64,000 nucleotides of DNA from an uncultured Oscillospiraceae bacterium. GTDB taxonomy: Bacteria > Bacillota > Clostridia > Oscillospirales > Ruminococcaceae. The position numbers and the translations under genes are program-made. Every line of letters begins with the position of its first letter. Position 1 is the stretch's first letter. Below, in pieces: positions 53,585 to 64,000 of the stretch. The DNA lies in NCBI GenBank assembly GCA_964370045.1, contig CAYJGZ010000006.1, positions 26,946-90,945 on the forward strand, read 5' to 3'. Under the pieces are notes generated by a model. That model worked only from the letters and a program-made list of their open reading frames with translations, was not told the DNA's origin and did no database searches.

Positions 53585-53806
53585 TTACCCAATCACAATG
53601 CTCTCTGCCTCGCTCTTGCGCAGTGTCAGCTCAAATCCACGCACCGTAATCTCAATAGGGTCACCCAGTGGTGCCACCTTTCGCACGCTTACCTCTGTTC
53701 CGCGGGTAAGGCCCATGTCCATTATGCGCCTTCTGATAGCTCCCTCACCGTTCAGCTTTTCCACCCGCACTGTCTCGCCGGTTCTGGCATCTTTCAAAGT
53801 TCTCAT
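53585..53806 (-). CDS. feoA: FeoA family protein
   Basis: ORF 53585..53827. Start at ATG 53806 (MRTLKDARTGETVRVEKLNGEGAIRRRIMDMGLTRGTEVSV...). SH3-like FeoA pattern. Confidence 0.85.
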   Translation of the reverse strand: MRTLKDARTGETVRVEKLNGEGAIRRRIMDMGLTRGTEVSVRKVAPLGDPIEITVRGFELTLRKSEAESIVIG

Positions 53807-53862
53807 TCGCAAAATTCCCCCCATCACTATAATCTTTGCTTATTCAAAAAGGCAAAAAATAC

Positions 53863-54189
53863 CTATTTAACCATTACATTGCAGGCCATCTCACGGCTCA
53901 GCGCAACCCTTGTGCCCTTTACGTTCACTATAAGGTTGCCGCCATTTTCGCACACCACCGTAACCTCGCTTCCCTCTACAAACCCAAGGTTGTTCAGAAA
54001 TGAGCGTGCCTCACTTTTTCCTTTTACTTTAATTACACTCATCACACCATCTGTCCGCACAAGCGACAGCGGCATTGCCCCTTGCGATGCCGCTTTTGCC
54101 ATATTTACATCGGCAACTTGGGCCTGCTCATCGCTTTCCCCGAATCCGTGCTTTAATTGTTGCGAGTTCAAAGGCATACTGTAACTCAT
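53863..54189 (-). CDS. FeoA-like protein with N-terminal extension
   Basis: ORF 53863..54201. Start at ATG 54189 behind GGGAGGAA. The C-terminal ~70 aa are FeoA-like (VIKVKGKSEARSFLNNLGFVEGSEVTVV...). Confidence 0.7.
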   Translation of the reverse strand: MSYSMPLNSQQLKHGFGESDEQAQVADVNMAKAASQGAMPLSLVRTDGVMSVIKVKGKSEARSFLNNLGFVEGSEVTVVCENGGNLIVNVKGTRVALSREMACNVMVK

Positions 54190-54293
54190 AGTTCCTCCCA
54201 AAATATCGCACCATATATATAATGTACTTCACGAAATGCTATGCAAACGGTAAAATACATTGCGTCAGATAAAATCACACGATAGACAGCAAT

Positions 54294-54321
54294 ATATTAG
54301 CTCTTGCTAACCAAGTTGTAA
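54294..54321 (-). promoter_or_regulatory. Candidate promoter of the feo operon
   Basis: Minus strand TTACAA (54321-54316), 16-nt spacer, TAATAT (54299-54294). The spacer contains one of the TTAGC-N4-GCTAA palindromes. Confidence 0.35.
54297..54310. promoter_or_regulatory. TTAGC-N4-GCTAA palindrome (candidate operator)
   Basis: TTAGCTCTTGCTAA, overlapping the candidate -10 box and spacer. Confidence 0.35.
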
Positions 54322-54346
54322 AAAAATATTCCAGAAAAGCGCATAG

Positions 54347-54388
54347 TTAGCAGATACTAATCTTTAGTTAAAGGTTAGCACATGCTAT
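54347..54388. promoter_or_regulatory. Two imperfect copies of the same palindrome
   Basis: TTAGCAGATACTAA (54347-54360) and TTAGCACATGCTAT (54375-54388). Confidence 0.3.
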
Positions 54389-54521
54389 ATTGTTCTGTCA
54401 AGCAGATTGCTTGAATCCTAAAATTTTCGGCAAATTTGTCATATTTTCAGGGATTGCTGCATCTTTTTTTCACAAAAAATAAACCGGGCGTGTACACACA
54501 AAAGCATTGTGAAGTCGCATT

Positions 54522-55478
54522 TTACAGCGATACCGCCCCTATAAGCCCTGCGTCATTTCCCAGCGCCGCCCTTATTATAGGCGGTGTGTATCCGCGCTCA
54601 GCCGCAAACACACGTGGGCGCACATACTCATTCAGCGGAACAAAAAGCCCGTCACCCTCGTTGGACACGCCACCACCCAGCAAAAATTTTTCAGGTCTCC
54701 AGATATTTATGAAGTTTATAATGCCCTCGCCAAGGTGCTTTATGTAGCTTTGCACCACATATTTTGCGGCCTCATCTCCATTATTTGCAGCCTCAAACGG
54801 AATTTTACCGTTCATGTTGGCAGGCTCTCCCTTGCAAAGCTCCGCCATCAGGCTTTCGGGATGCTTTTGCATTGCAGCACGCGCATTACTTTTCAGCGCA
54901 TTTGCAGAGGCATACGCCTCAAGGCACCCCTTGCGGCCGCAGGTACATTCCTCGCCATCCACAACAAGCAGCGTGTGCCCAAGCTCCAGCCCGCCCGCAC
55001 TACCGCCATGCTGTAAAACGCCGCCCGTAACAACTCCACCGCCGACACCCGTACCCAGTGTGAGCATCACCACATCATGCGCACCCTTTGCCGCACCTGC
55101 CACCGCCTCGCCCAGCACTGCACAGTTTGCATCGTTTGCGATGCGCATGGGCAGCTCAAAATAACGCCGCAACTCGGTGATAAGCGGAATATCCTCCCAG
55201 CCAAAGTTGCCCGCAAACACCACCACGCCCGCCTGATAGTCTATCATGCCGGGACTGCCCACGCCTATTTTTTCACACTGCTCAATCTCAACACCGGCCT
55301 CGGGCAATAGTTCCCACACAAGGTCCGCCATAGCGGCAATGACCTCCTGCCACGTCCTCTCCATCGCCAGTGTTTTACAGGATTTTTTAGCAACAATGAC
55401 ATTGTTTTTGTCAACAACACCTACTTTTATGTTAGTGCCGCCCAAATCAATGCCTATGCGGTATGGTTTTTGTGTCAT
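54522..55478 (-). CDS. ROK family sugar kinase (glucokinase-like)
   Basis: ORF 54522..55559. Start at ATG 55478 (MTQKPYRIGIDLGGTNIKVGVVD...) behind GAGAGG. ROK zinc motif CTCGRKGCLE. Confidence 0.85.
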   Translation of the reverse strand: MTQKPYRIGIDLGGTNIKVGVVDKNNVIVAKKSCKTLAMERTWQEVIAAMADLVWELLPEAGVEIEQCEKIGVGSPGMIDYQAGVVVFAGNFGWEDIPLITELRRYFELPMRIANDANCAVLGEAVAGAAKGAHDVVMLTLGTGVGGGVVTGGVLQHGGSAGGLELGHTLLVVDGEECTCGRKGCLEAYASANALKSNARAAMQKHPESLMAELCKGEPANMNGKIPFEAANNGDEAAKYVVQSYIKHLGEGIINFINIWRPEKFLLGGGVSNEGDGLFVPLNEYVRPRVFAAERGYTPPIIRAALGNDAGLIGAVSL

Positions 55479-55540
55479 AAGATACCTCTCGATTGTACGG
55501 ATAGGTACTAAATCAAAAATAATTTTAGCATTCCACCAAA

Positions 55541-55588
55541 CAATCAAGATACATGACAAGACACGTGCATCGTCATGTATCTTGATTG
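55541..55588 (-). terminator. 17-bp perfect hairpin after secA
   Basis: caatcaagatacatgac / gtcatgtatcttgattg. Only a weak T-run follows on the minus strand. Confidence 0.5.
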
Positions 55589-55667
55589 CAGTTTTGTGCT
55601 ATTTTTCAGCTGATGTCATACATAATTTTGTACTTTCTGCTCTTACATGCCATTCACTCTTTACTTG

Positions 55668-58430
55668 CTACTCTTCATCTTTCATTCCACAACACTTTTT
55701 ATACTTTTTACCACTTCCGCAGGGGCACACATCATTGCGGCCTACCTTTACCTCTTTGCTTCGCACAGGTTGCTTTTTTATCGGCTGTCCGCTTGCACCA
55801 CCCGCAGATTGACCCGTTACCTTTGCCACCGGCTCACGCCTAGGTGCATCTTCCGCACGGCGTATCTCCACGGTCAGTAGCATTTTTGTGGTGTCCTCAC
55901 GAATAGAATCCACCATAGCATCGAACATTTCGAAGCCCTCGATGCGGTATTCCACCACGGGGTCACGCTGTGCCATTCCTCGTAGGTAAATGCCTCTGCG
56001 TAGCTCATCCATCGCATCAATGTGGTCCATCCATTTGGTATCCACGTTGCGCAAAAGCACCGCACGCTCCAGCTCTCTCATCGTATTATCGCCGTATTTT
56101 TCCTCTTTTGCATCCAAAATCTTCGTGGCACGCTCTGTGAGCAACTTTACTATATCCTCACGGCTCACTTCGTCCAGCTCGCCTGTCTTGTACTCAAAGT
56201 CATCCTCTTTTGTCAGCCACTTGAGGTAGTGGGCACGCAGCGCAGTCAGATTCCACTCGTCCTGCTCCTCACCCGCACAGTAGGTAGCCACGTTGCCCTG
56301 GATGCTTTCCTTCAACATGTTGTGCACGCTGTCCGTCACGTTGTCTCCGCTCAGCACTTTTTGGCGCTGGCCGTAGATAATCTCACGCTGGCTGTTCATA
56401 ACATCGTCAAATCGGAGCACATTTTTACGAGCTTCAAAGTTGCGACCCTCTATTTTGCGCTGAGCGCTCTCGATAGAGCCGGTGATGATGCGGTTTTCGA
56501 TGGGGGTATCCTCGTCCACGCCGAGAGAATCCATCATATTTTGGATGCGCTCCCCACCAAAAAGGCGCATGAGGTCATCCTCAAGACTTAGGTAAAAGCG
56601 TGTCTCGCCCTCATCACCCTGACGACCCGCACGTCCACGCAGCTGGTTGTCAATACGCCTGCTTTCGTGGCGCTCTGTGCCTATGATGAAAAGGCCTCCG
56701 GCCTGCTTCACCTGCTCTGCCTCTACGTCAATGTCCTTCTTTTTTTCTTGATACAGCGCATTATATGCCCTGCGTGCCTCGATGATGCCTTCATCTTCCG
56801 TCTCGGCGTGGCCTGTGGCCTCCACCAGCTGCTCGGGCGTAAAGCCACGCTTTGCCATCTCTATTTTTGCAGAAAACTCAGCGTTGCCCCCCAGCATAAT
56901 ATCCGTACCACGGCCCGCCATGTTCGTCGCAATGGTAACAGCACCCTTGCGGCCTGCCTGCGCTACAATCAGCGCCTCTTTTTCGTGAAACTTTGCGTTT
57001 AGCACCTCATGCTTTATGCCCTTTTTCTTGAGCATTTTGGACAAAAGCTCGCTTCGTTCTATATTTATTGTGCCCACAAGCACCGGCTGTCCTTTTTCGT
57101 GGCACTCCTCCACCTGCTCTATGACGGCACGGTACTTACCCGCCACTGTTTTGTACACCGCATCCGAGTTGTCCTTACGTACCATCGGCTTATTTGTGGG
57201 AACTTCCACCACTTGTAGCCCGTAAATTTCGTTAAACTCGCTCTCCTCCGTCTTTGCAGTACCCGTCATGCCGGAAAGCTTTTTATACATACGGAAGAAG
57301 TTTTGGAAGGTAATTGTGGCAAGCGTCTTGCTCTCACGCTCCACTTTTACACCCTCTTTTGCCTCTATCGCTTGGTGCAAGCCCTCATTATAACGGCGCC
57401 CCATCATGAGACGACCGGTAAACTCATCAACGATGATAACCTCGCCGTCACGCACCACATAGTCAACGTCCCGCTTCATCACGCCACGTGCCTTGATAGC
57501 CTGGTTAATGTGGTGGGATATTTCCATGTTGTTTGCGTCCGAAAGGTTTTCGATGTTAAAGTAGCTTTCCGCCTTTTGAATGCCGCTCTTGGTCAGCGTT
57601 GCATTTTTGGCCTTTTCGTCCACAATATAGTCGCCGTCAATCTCCTCAACCTCATCGTGGTCAACCTTGTCATCCAGCTGAGTGACACGAGATACTTTGA
57701 GTGTTTTAACAAAAGAATCCGCTCTATTATACATTTCTGTGCTTTTATTGCCCTGTCCTGAAATTATTAGCGGCGTGCGAGCCTCGTCCACCAAGATGGA
57801 GTCCACCTCATCAACAATGGCATACGCCTGCCCTCTCTGCACCATGTTTTCCTTATAAGTCACCATATTGTCACGCAGGTAATCAAAGCCAAACTCATTG
57901 TTTGTGCCGTAGGTGATGTCCGCCGCATACGCCTTTTTGCGCCCTGCGTTGTCCACCCCGTGAATTACCAGCCCCACCGACAGCCCCAAAAAGCGGTATA
58001 GTTTACCCATCCACTCGCTGTCACGCTTTGCGAGGTAGTCGTTCACCGTGATGACGTGAACGCCGTTTCCGCTAAGCGCATTAAGGTACACAGGCAACGT
58101 AGCAACGAGTGTTTTACCCTCACCAGTCCTCATTTCGGCTATCATACCACGGTGAAGCACCATGCCGCCTATCAGCTGTACGGGGAAGTGCGTCATGCCC
58201 AAAACGCGGGTGGATGCCTCCCTACACACCGCAAAGGCCTCGGGCAGGATGTCGTCCAGCGTTTCCCCCTTTTCAAGGCGCTCCTTAAATGCAGGTGTCA
58301 TCGCCTGAAGCTCTGCATCGCTCATTTTTTCAAAGCGAGACTGCATACCCAAAATAGCCTCGCTTATGGGGCGAATGCGCTTTAGCTCCTTATCGGAAAA
58401 TGTTCCGAAAATTTTATCAAAAATACCCAA
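55668..58430 (-). CDS. secA: Preprotein translocase ATPase SecA
   Basis: 920 aa. TTG start behind GAGGAG (MGIFDKIFG...). DEAD-like motor motifs. C-terminal zinc tail [14 protein letters not shown]. Confidence 0.97.
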   Translation of the reverse strand: MGIFDKIFGTFSDKELKRIRPISEAILGMQSRFEKMSDAELQAMTPAFKERLEKGETLDDILPEAFAVCREASTRVLGMTHFPVQLIGGMVLHRGMIAEMRTGEGKTLVATLPVYLNALSGNGVHVITVNDYLAKRDSEWMGKLYRFLGLSVGLVIHGVDNAGRKKAYAADITYGTNNEFGFDYLRDNMVTYKENMVQRGQAYAIVDEVDSILVDEARTPLIISGQGNKSTEMYNRADSFVKTLKVSRVTQLDDKVDHDEVEEIDGDYIVDEKAKNATLTKSGIQKAESYFNIENLSDANNMEISHHINQAIKARGVMKRDVDYVVRDGEVIIVDEFTGRLMMGRRYNEGLHQAIEAKEGVKVERESKTLATITFQNFFRMYKKLSGMTGTAKTEESEFNEIYGLQVVEVPTNKPMVRKDNSDAVYKTVAGKYRAVIEQVEECHEKGQPVLVGTINIERSELLSKMLKKKGIKHEVLNAKFHEKEALIVAQAGRKGAVTIATNMAGRGTDIMLGGNAEFSAKIEMAKRGFTPEQLVEATGHAETEDEGIIEARRAYNALYQEKKKDIDVEAEQVKQAGGLFIIGTERHESRRIDNQLRGRAGRQGDEGETRFYLSLEDDLMRLFGGERIQNMMDSLGVDEDTPIENRIITGSIESAQRKIEGRNFEARKNVLRFDDVMNSQREIIYGQRQKVLSGDNVTDSVHNMLKESIQGNVATYCAGEEQDEWNLTALRAHYLKWLTKEDDFEYKTGELDEVSREDIVKLLTERATKILDAKEEKYGDNTMRELERAVLLRNVDTKWMDHIDAMDELRRGIYLRGMAQRDPVVEYRIEGFEMFDAMVDSIREDTTKMLLTVEIRRAEDAPRREPVAKVTGQSAGGASGQPIKKQPVRSKEVKVGRNDVCPCGSGKKYKKCCGMKDEE

Positions 58431-58595
58431 AATTATCTCCTCAAATACATAGTTGCATTTTTATACTAAAATTATAAAATTACCATATATATATTGTCAA
58501 ATCTGCTGTGTTATGAATATATAACACAGCAGTTATAACACAAAATTGTTTTATACAAAGCACAATATGCTTATTCTGCTCATCACACTTTTGCT

Positions 58596-60278
58596 TTACT
58601 CCACGCCAATCATGTAATAGTACACCGGCTGGCTGCCGTTTATCAGCGTTACCTCTATGCTGTCGGATATTTTTTCACGCAACACATCCGCTGTGCGCTG
58701 TGCATCCTCCTCGCTCACGTCCTCGCCGTAGATGAGCGTTACAAAGCTCGTGTTTTTGGAGCACATGCTGCGTGCCAAGCGGTATGTGGTTTTGGCTATG
58801 TCGGTGCCCACGAGCGAGAGCTTGCCGTTCTCTATGCCCAAAATCTCACCCTTGGTGATTTTGCGCCCCTCAAAGTTTGAGTCACGTGCCGCAAAGGTAA
58901 CCTGACCTGTGTCCACCTTCGCCGCCTCACGGTTCATCGCTATTGTGTTGGCATCCACGTCTGCGTCCGGGTCCATCGCCAGCATGGCGCTCATGCCCTG
59001 CGGAATGGTGCTGGTGGGCAGTACCACCATGCGCCTGTCTGCCATTTTCACCGCCTGCTCCGCCGCCATAATGATGTTTTTGTTGTTGGGCAGTACAAAA
59101 ACCGTCTGTGCGGGCACGCTGTGCACCGCTTTTAGTATGTCGTCGGTAGAGGGGTTCATCGTCTGGCCGCCCGTCACCACGGCGTTCACCCCAAGGTCGC
59201 AAAACACATCCTTTATGCCCTGCCCTGCGGCCACCGCCACAAAGCCATACTTTTGCTCCTCGTCCACCGCCATGTATGCGAACTCATCCTCCGGCTGTGC
59301 CGCCGCCTGCTTTTCAAGCCCCTGTGCCTGCTGCTGACGCTGTGCAAACTGCTCGTGCATGTTCTCTATTTTTAGGCTACTTAGGTAGCCGTGGGCTATC
59401 GCCTCGCTCAAAATCTTGCCCGGGTCTTGCGTGTGTACGTGGCATTTTATAATTTCATCATCCTCTACCACCACCACGCTGTCGCCACTCGATTCCAAAA
59501 ACGCGCGCAACTTTTCCGCCGAAGCATCCTTTTGCTTATTCACCAAAAATTCCGTGCAGTATCCGTTGGTGATGTCGGGGTTCAGCTCCTGCGAAAAGAC
59601 TCCCTTACCAAGGGTTGCGCCCATCGGCAATGGCTGGCTTTGAGCAGGTGCACCCTGCTCCTGTTCAATAATCGCGCCGCCCGAAATAACAGCACCCATG
59701 CCCTCCAAAATATAGCAAAAGCCCATGCCGCCCGCGTCCACAACACCCGCCTTTTTAAGAACAGGGAGCTGCTCGGGCGTTTGCGCCAGGGCCTCTCTTG
59801 CGCTTTTCAGCGCAATATCCCACAGCTGTATCACATCATCTGTCGCAGCCTCGCTCGCACACTCGGACATAACACGCGCCACCGTGAGCATAGTGCCCTC
59901 GGTGGGCTTCATCACAGCTTTGTACGCCGCCTGCACACCATTGTCGAAAGCCTCCCGTATATCCTGCGCATCTGCGTCTTTTTTATCCGCAAGCGCCGTG
60001 GAAAACCCACGGAACAAAAGGGAGGTAATAACACCCGAGTTGCCCCGTGCGCCCCTTAGCATAGCGGAGGCCGCCGTATGCGATGCCTCTGCTACGGTGC
60101 AGCTATCCGAAAGCCGAAGAAGCTCTGTGCGTGCAACGCCCGTCGTCATGCTCATGTTTGTACCCGTGTCGCCGTCCGGCACGGGGAACACGTTCAGCTC
60201 GTCCACCTCTGCACGATGCAACGTAATATTGTTCGCACCCGAAATAATTGCATCCCGCAAAGTTTTTCCATCTATCAT
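58596..60278 (-). CDS. yloV: DAK2 domain fusion protein YloV
   Basis: 560 aa. N-terminal Dak2 region (VFPVPDGDTGTNM). Sits downstream of an Asp23 gene as in Bacillus yloU-yloV. Confidence 0.9.
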   Translation of the reverse strand: MIDGKTLRDAIISGANNITLHRAEVDELNVFPVPDGDTGTNMSMTTGVARTELLRLSDSCTVAEASHTAASAMLRGARGNSGVITSLLFRGFSTALADKKDADAQDIREAFDNGVQAAYKAVMKPTEGTMLTVARVMSECASEAATDDVIQLWDIALKSAREALAQTPEQLPVLKKAGVVDAGGMGFCYILEGMGAVISGGAIIEQEQGAPAQSQPLPMGATLGKGVFSQELNPDITNGYCTEFLVNKQKDASAEKLRAFLESSGDSVVVVEDDEIIKCHVHTQDPGKILSEAIAHGYLSSLKIENMHEQFAQRQQQAQGLEKQAAAQPEDEFAYMAVDEEQKYGFVAVAAGQGIKDVFCDLGVNAVVTGGQTMNPSTDDILKAVHSVPAQTVFVLPNNKNIIMAAEQAVKMADRRMVVLPTSTIPQGMSAMLAMDPDADVDANTIAMNREAAKVDTGQVTFAARDSNFEGRKITKGEILGIENGKLSLVGTDIAKTTYRLARSMCSKNTSFVTLIYGEDVSEEDAQRTADVLREKISDSIEVTLINGSQPVYYYMIGVE

Positions 60279-60398
60279 TCTAAGTCCACCTCAAAAATTT
60301 TCCGCTTGTGCGGATGTTTCTTTACTTATATCTACTGCAAAAAGCTATTTTGCCATGTGAACGTGTCCGCTTAGGGCACATTCACACCCGGGCATAGC

Positions 60399-60746
60399 TT
60401 ATATCACCACGTCGTCCACCGTCACATCTATCTTTGAAACTTTAAGCCCCGTGGCTTCCTCCACCACGTACTTCACCTTGTGCGTGATACTCTTTACCGC
60501 CTGTGCAATGTTTAGCCCATACGTAACCACAATGCGCAACGCTATCACAAGCTCGCCGTTTTCCTCACGCACCTGCACGCCCTGCTCGGAGCTTCCTTTT
60601 TTCACCAGCATACGTAGGCCGTCCTTTGCCTTGCGGCTTGTCATGCCGGCCACTCCAAAACCGCTTTGAGTCACTGCGCAAACAAGCTGTGTAAAATAAG
60701 CGCTTGTCATGCTGACTTTTCCGGATGTGTTGTAAAAAGAAATCAT
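60399..60746 (-). CDS. Asp23/Gls24 family envelope stress protein
   Basis: 115 aa. Asp23 pattern (...VTYGLNIAQAVKSITHKVKYVVEEATGLKVSKIDVTVDDV). Confidence 0.9.
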   Translation of the reverse strand: MISFYNTSGKVSMTSAYFTQLVCAVTQSGFGVAGMTSRKAKDGLRMLVKKGSSEQGVQVREENGELVIALRIVVTYGLNIAQAVKSITHKVKYVVEEATGLKVSKIDVTVDDVVI

Positions 60747-61005
60747 AGCCGCAATCCTCCTTTTGGTACAGCAATAACACTAATAAGCTAATGTGCTGCA
60801 TTTATCTTTTGACGCCACGAATGGGTTTCACCAAAATGCTACCCACACGAGCAACGTGACAAACACTACTTTGCCTATGCTACCGAAATATTATACAATA
60901 ATTTGCCTTAGTTGTACAGAAAAACCGCTCGTAGGCGCAGACAAAAGCGCTTGTTCATCTTTTTAACACACATTCCGCTACCCACTCATAGCAAATCATC
61001 CGCCT

Positions 61006-61926
61006 TTATTTGCTCCACAGCGGTGTTGGGTACTGCCCTGCCTCATGCTTTTGCGCAATGGCATTCACAACGCTCGGCTTGTCCTCTTTGTACGTAACAC
61101 CGTGCCAAACGTCGGTACTTTGCAGTACTTTCACGTCCGCTTTGCCCTCTGTTATAAGCTCGCCCACAAAATTCGGCAGTAACGCCTCGCACTTTTCGGG
61201 ATTTTTAGCAAGGCTTTCCCTTAAAAACTCCTCAAAGTTTTTCTCCGCCATTTGCAGTAGGCCTTTTTGGAAGCCCCAAAAGTTCATCGAGACAAGCGCA
61301 TCGGCCGAAATGTCCGTCCAGCTCTGCCCCTCATCCTCCGTAAACCTTGCGCCGCTCTCGGTCTTTTCTATCTTGGTGCGCTCCACAATTTTTGTAAGGT
61401 AGCCGCTTTCGTCCTGCTCGCACACACCACGTGCCACACTGCCGTGGTCGGTTACAGTGTTGCCCAGATGGTAGCCCACCATGGCGTAGCTTTGCGCATC
61501 ACCCGAAGTTTGCGAAAGAAAATCATACAGCTCCTTGTATGCGCAAGGCCCGTAATAGTCGTCCGCATTTATCACCGCAAAGGGGCCGTTTATCAGCTGC
61601 TTTGCCGCCAGTATTGCATGTGTTGTGCCCCACGGCTTCACCCTGCCGTCTGGCACGCTAAAGCCTTCGGGCAGCTGCTCCAGCTCCTGAAAAGCGTACT
61701 CCACCTTGATGTGGTCTTTCACTCTTTCGCCTATTATATTGCGGAAATCTTCCTCTATCGCACGCTTTATTATGAATATTACCCTCTCAAAGCCCGCCTT
61801 TGCCGCATCGTATATGGAGTAGTCCATGATGACCTCGCCCGAGGGACCTACCGGGTCCATCTGCTTTAGCCCACCGTAGCGGCTTCCCATTCCCGCCGCA
61901 AGCACAACCAGTACAGGTTTATCCAT
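61006..61926 (-). CDS. Sugar-phosphate nucleotidyltransferase family protein
   Basis: 306 aa. N-terminal LAAGMGSRYGGLKQ nucleotide-binding loop. Lies 88 nt downstream of galE. Confidence 0.75.
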   Translation of the reverse strand: MDKPVLVVLAAGMGSRYGGLKQMDPVGPSGEVIMDYSIYDAAKAGFERVIFIIKRAIEEDFRNIIGERVKDHIKVEYAFQELEQLPEGFSVPDGRVKPWGTTHAILAAKQLINGPFAVINADDYYGPCAYKELYDFLSQTSGDAQSYAMVGYHLGNTVTDHGSVARGVCEQDESGYLTKIVERTKIEKTESGARFTEDEGQSWTDISADALVSMNFWGFQKGLLQMAEKNFEEFLRESLAKNPEKCEALLPNFVGELITEGKADVKVLQSTDVWHGVTYKEDKPSVVNAIAQKHEAGQYPTPLWSK

Positions 61927-62014
61927 GATGTTCTCCTTTGTATAACAAATTTATTTAAGTGAAAATTTACACAGGGCAAAAGCTTTGTGCCATATTCGCC
62001 CAAATATTCGTTTG

Positions 62015-63034
62015 TTATTCGGTGTATCCGTCGGGGTTTTGGCTTTGCCAGCGCCAGCTGTCGGCACACATGCGCTCAATGCCAAACTGCGCCTTCCACG
62101 AAAGTTCCCTTTCCGCCTTGCTCGTCTCGGCGTACACCTGCGCAATATCCCCTGCTCTGCGTCCCTCTATCACGTAGGGAATTTCCTTTCCGCACGCCTT
62201 TTCAAACGCCTTTATTACCTCCAAAACGCTGTAGCCCCTACCCGTGCCGAGGTTGCACACAAACAGCCCACACTTTTCGCTCAGCTTTGCCAGCGCCGAT
62301 ACATGCCCCTTTGCCAAGTCCACCACGTGTATGTAGTCTCTCACGCCTGTGCCGTCGGGGGTGGGGTAGTCGTCTCCAAACACATACACCCTTTCCCTTT
62401 TGCCCACAGCCACCTGCGCAATGTAGGGCATCAGGTTGTTTGGTATGCCTGCAGGGTCCTCCCCTATAAGGCCGCTCTCGTGCGCCCCGATAGGGTTAAA
62501 ATAACGCAAAAGCGCTATGTTTAGCGACGTATCCGCCGCCGCATAGTCCATCAAAATGCGCTCTATAAACAGCTTTGTGCTGCCGTATGGGTTTGTAGCG
62601 GCGGAGATGGGCGATGTCTCGGTAACGGGCACAACATCCGGCTGGCCGTACACCGTGGCGGAGGAGGAAAACACAAAGTCCTTCACCCCCGCTTTGCGCA
62701 TGGCGTTTAGTAGCAGTAGCGTAGTGGAAAGGTTGTTCGTATAGTACTCAAGCGGCTTTTGCACGCTCTCGCCCACCGCTTTCAGCGCCGCAAAGTGTAT
62801 CACCGCCGTTATGTCGGGGTGCTTTTGAAACAGCTCGTCCACTGCACTTTCATCGCACAGCTCAATCTCGCAAAACGAAAGTGTCTTGCCCGTGATTTGC
62901 TCCACACGCTTTAGCGACTGCCTTGAGGAATTCGACAGGTTGTCCGCCACCACAACATCATATCCACTTTGCAAAAGCTCTACGCAGGTGTGGCTGCCTA
63001 TATATCCTGCACCGCCCGAAACCAATATTGACAT
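62015..63034 (-). CDS. galE: UDP-glucose 4-epimerase
   Basis: 339 aa. GGAGYIGSH Rossmann motif, YGSTK catalytic motif, full-length GalE similarity. Confidence 0.95.
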   Translation of the reverse strand: MSILVSGGAGYIGSHTCVELLQSGYDVVVADNLSNSSRQSLKRVEQITGKTLSFCEIELCDESAVDELFQKHPDITAVIHFAALKAVGESVQKPLEYYTNNLSTTLLLLNAMRKAGVKDFVFSSSATVYGQPDVVPVTETSPISAATNPYGSTKLFIERILMDYAAADTSLNIALLRYFNPIGAHESGLIGEDPAGIPNNLMPYIAQVAVGKRERVYVFGDDYPTPDGTGVRDYIHVVDLAKGHVSALAKLSEKCGLFVCNLGTGRGYSVLEVIKAFEKACGKEIPYVIEGRRAGDIAQVYAETSKAERELSWKAQFGIERMCADSWRWQSQNPDGYTE

Positions 63035-63104
63035 AGCTTAATACTCCTTTTTAGCTCAGCATTTTGCACCAAATTTTATTTCAAACCACATCACACCCAC
63101 AGGT

Positions 63105-63185
63105 GTGTACAAAAACGGTGATTTGGATTTTTGGTATATTCTCTCGCTTGACGTATTCTAAATCAACTCTATGTGTCTACTCCTC
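63105..63185 (-). mobile_element. MITE-like repeat family A, short copy (A4)
   Basis: Reverse complement GAGGAGTAGACACATAGAGTTGATTTAGAATACG...AAATCACCGTTTTTGTACAC. Sits 8 nt after the pncB stop and 70 nt before the galE start. Confidence 0.5.
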
Positions 63186-63193
63186 GCACCCAC

Positions 63194-64000
63194 TTACACA
63201 GACGCACTCTCCAGCATACGCCTGCGCTCGTCCCACAGCGCCTGCGAAAGGTCCACGTAGTACCTGTGCGGATACTCAAAGCGCTTTACCTCATCCCACA
63301 GCTTGTCCACCTGCTCTTTGCAGTGCTCTCGCACTTCGCTAAGCGGCGGCGGGCTGTACACCAGCTTGCCCCCCTCAAAAATGGGCACGCTCAAAAGATG
63401 TGCGCTACACCCCGTAAAGGTTTTGCGCTTCCATGTTTGCAGTGGGTCAAACAGCGTAATGCCGTCTTTTGTGTCGGGTATTTCGTCGCAAAGCGTCACG
63501 TAATCCGCCATAGCCATGCCGCTCTCGTCGTCATATATGCGCCACAGCTTTTTAAGGCAGGGAGTTGTCAGCTTGTCCGCCGTCTCGCTCACCTTTATTT
63601 TGGGTATATACTCGCCGCCACGCTTCACCGCCGCCAGCTTGTACACTCCTCCAAACACGGGGTCGCTTTTGGAGGTTATCAGGTTTTCCCCCACGCCGAA
63701 CATGTCAATCTCCGCATTTTGTAAAAACAAATCACGCACGATATACTCGTCCAGCGCATTTGAGGCGCATATGGGCACATCGCCGTAGCCTGCCTCTTTC
63801 AGCATGGCACGTGCTTTTTTGGATAGATACGCTATATCGCCCGAATCTATGCGAATGCCGGCAGGCTTTTTGCCCATGGGCTTCAAAATTTCATCAAACA
63901 CACGTATGGCGTTTGGCACGCCGCTTTTGAGCGTGTTGTATGTGTCCACCAACAGCATACAGCTGTCCGAATACCTGCGCGCATACTGCGCAAATGCCTC
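63194..64000 (-). CDS. pncB: Nicotinate phosphoribosyltransferase, C-terminal part (N-terminus beyond the window end)
   Basis: The reading frame stays open to the window edge (...EAFAQYARRYSDSCMLLVDTYNTLKSGVPNAI...), matching the NAPRTase core and C-terminal domain. Confidence 0.85.
   Translation of the reverse strand, partial: EAFAQYARRYSDSCMLLVDTYNTLKSGVPNAIRVFDEILKPMGKKPAGIRIDSGDIAYLSKKARAMLKEAGYGDVPICASNALDEYIVRDLFLQNAEIDMFGVGENLITSKSDPVFGGVYKLAAVKRGGEYIPKIKVSETADKLTTPCLKKLWRIYDDESGMAMADYVTLCDEIPDTKDGITLFDPLQTWKRKTFTGCSAHLLSVPIFEGGKLVYSPPPLSEVREHCKEQVDKLWDEVKRFEYPHRYYVDLSQALWDERRRMLESASV

Overview
This 64-kb chromosomal window looks like an anaerobic Firmicute, probably Clostridia. That call is an inference from gene content (NrdD/NrdG, FeoAAB, bacteriohemerythrin, small ferredoxin, Asp23/YloV, many c-di-GMP proteins), not a database hit. 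Most genes are on the minus strand. Housekeeping content: an rpsJ 5' fragment, argH, a pgk-tpiA-gpmI glycolytic operon, typA, nrdD/nrdG, feoA-feoA-feoB, a ROK kinase, secA, yloV/asp23, galE plus a nucleotidyltransferase, a pncB fragment, and four tRNAs (Tyr-GTA, Ser-GCT, Ser-TGA, Val-GAC). Accessory blocks: (1) a cyclic-nucleotide signalling cluster (MBL-fold hydrolase, GAF-HD-GYP, CHASE2 class III cyclase, EAL-CBS-GGDEF), plus two more large membrane GGDEF-EAL proteins, one paired with an orphan solute-binding lipoprotein; (2) tandem MATE efflux paralogs; (3) a prophage remnant (endolysin, tail-fibre-like LRR protein, holin) downstream of tRNA-Ser; (4) a visibly AT-rich ECF sigma/anti-sigma pair; (5) an envelope operon (lipoprotein, FecR-like protein with a poly-acidic tail, three SnoaL-like proteins, two of them nucleotide-identical). 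Observations most worth a second look: nrdD appears genuinely split, with the canonical glycyl-radical C-terminal segment on a separate 50-aa ORF that no single indel can fuse back. Two previously unannotated MITE-like repeat families are present; family A has 4 copies and family B has 2, and one B copy supplies the stop codon of a MATE gene. A TTAGY-N4-GCTAA palindrome occurs six times around the feo operon. The tRNA-Ser(GCT) 3' end sits in a 24-bp perfect hairpin next to 37-bp direct repeats. No CRISPR array, rRNA or intact transposase/integrase was seen. All coordinates and motifs come from reading the sequence by eye; no database search or folding was run.
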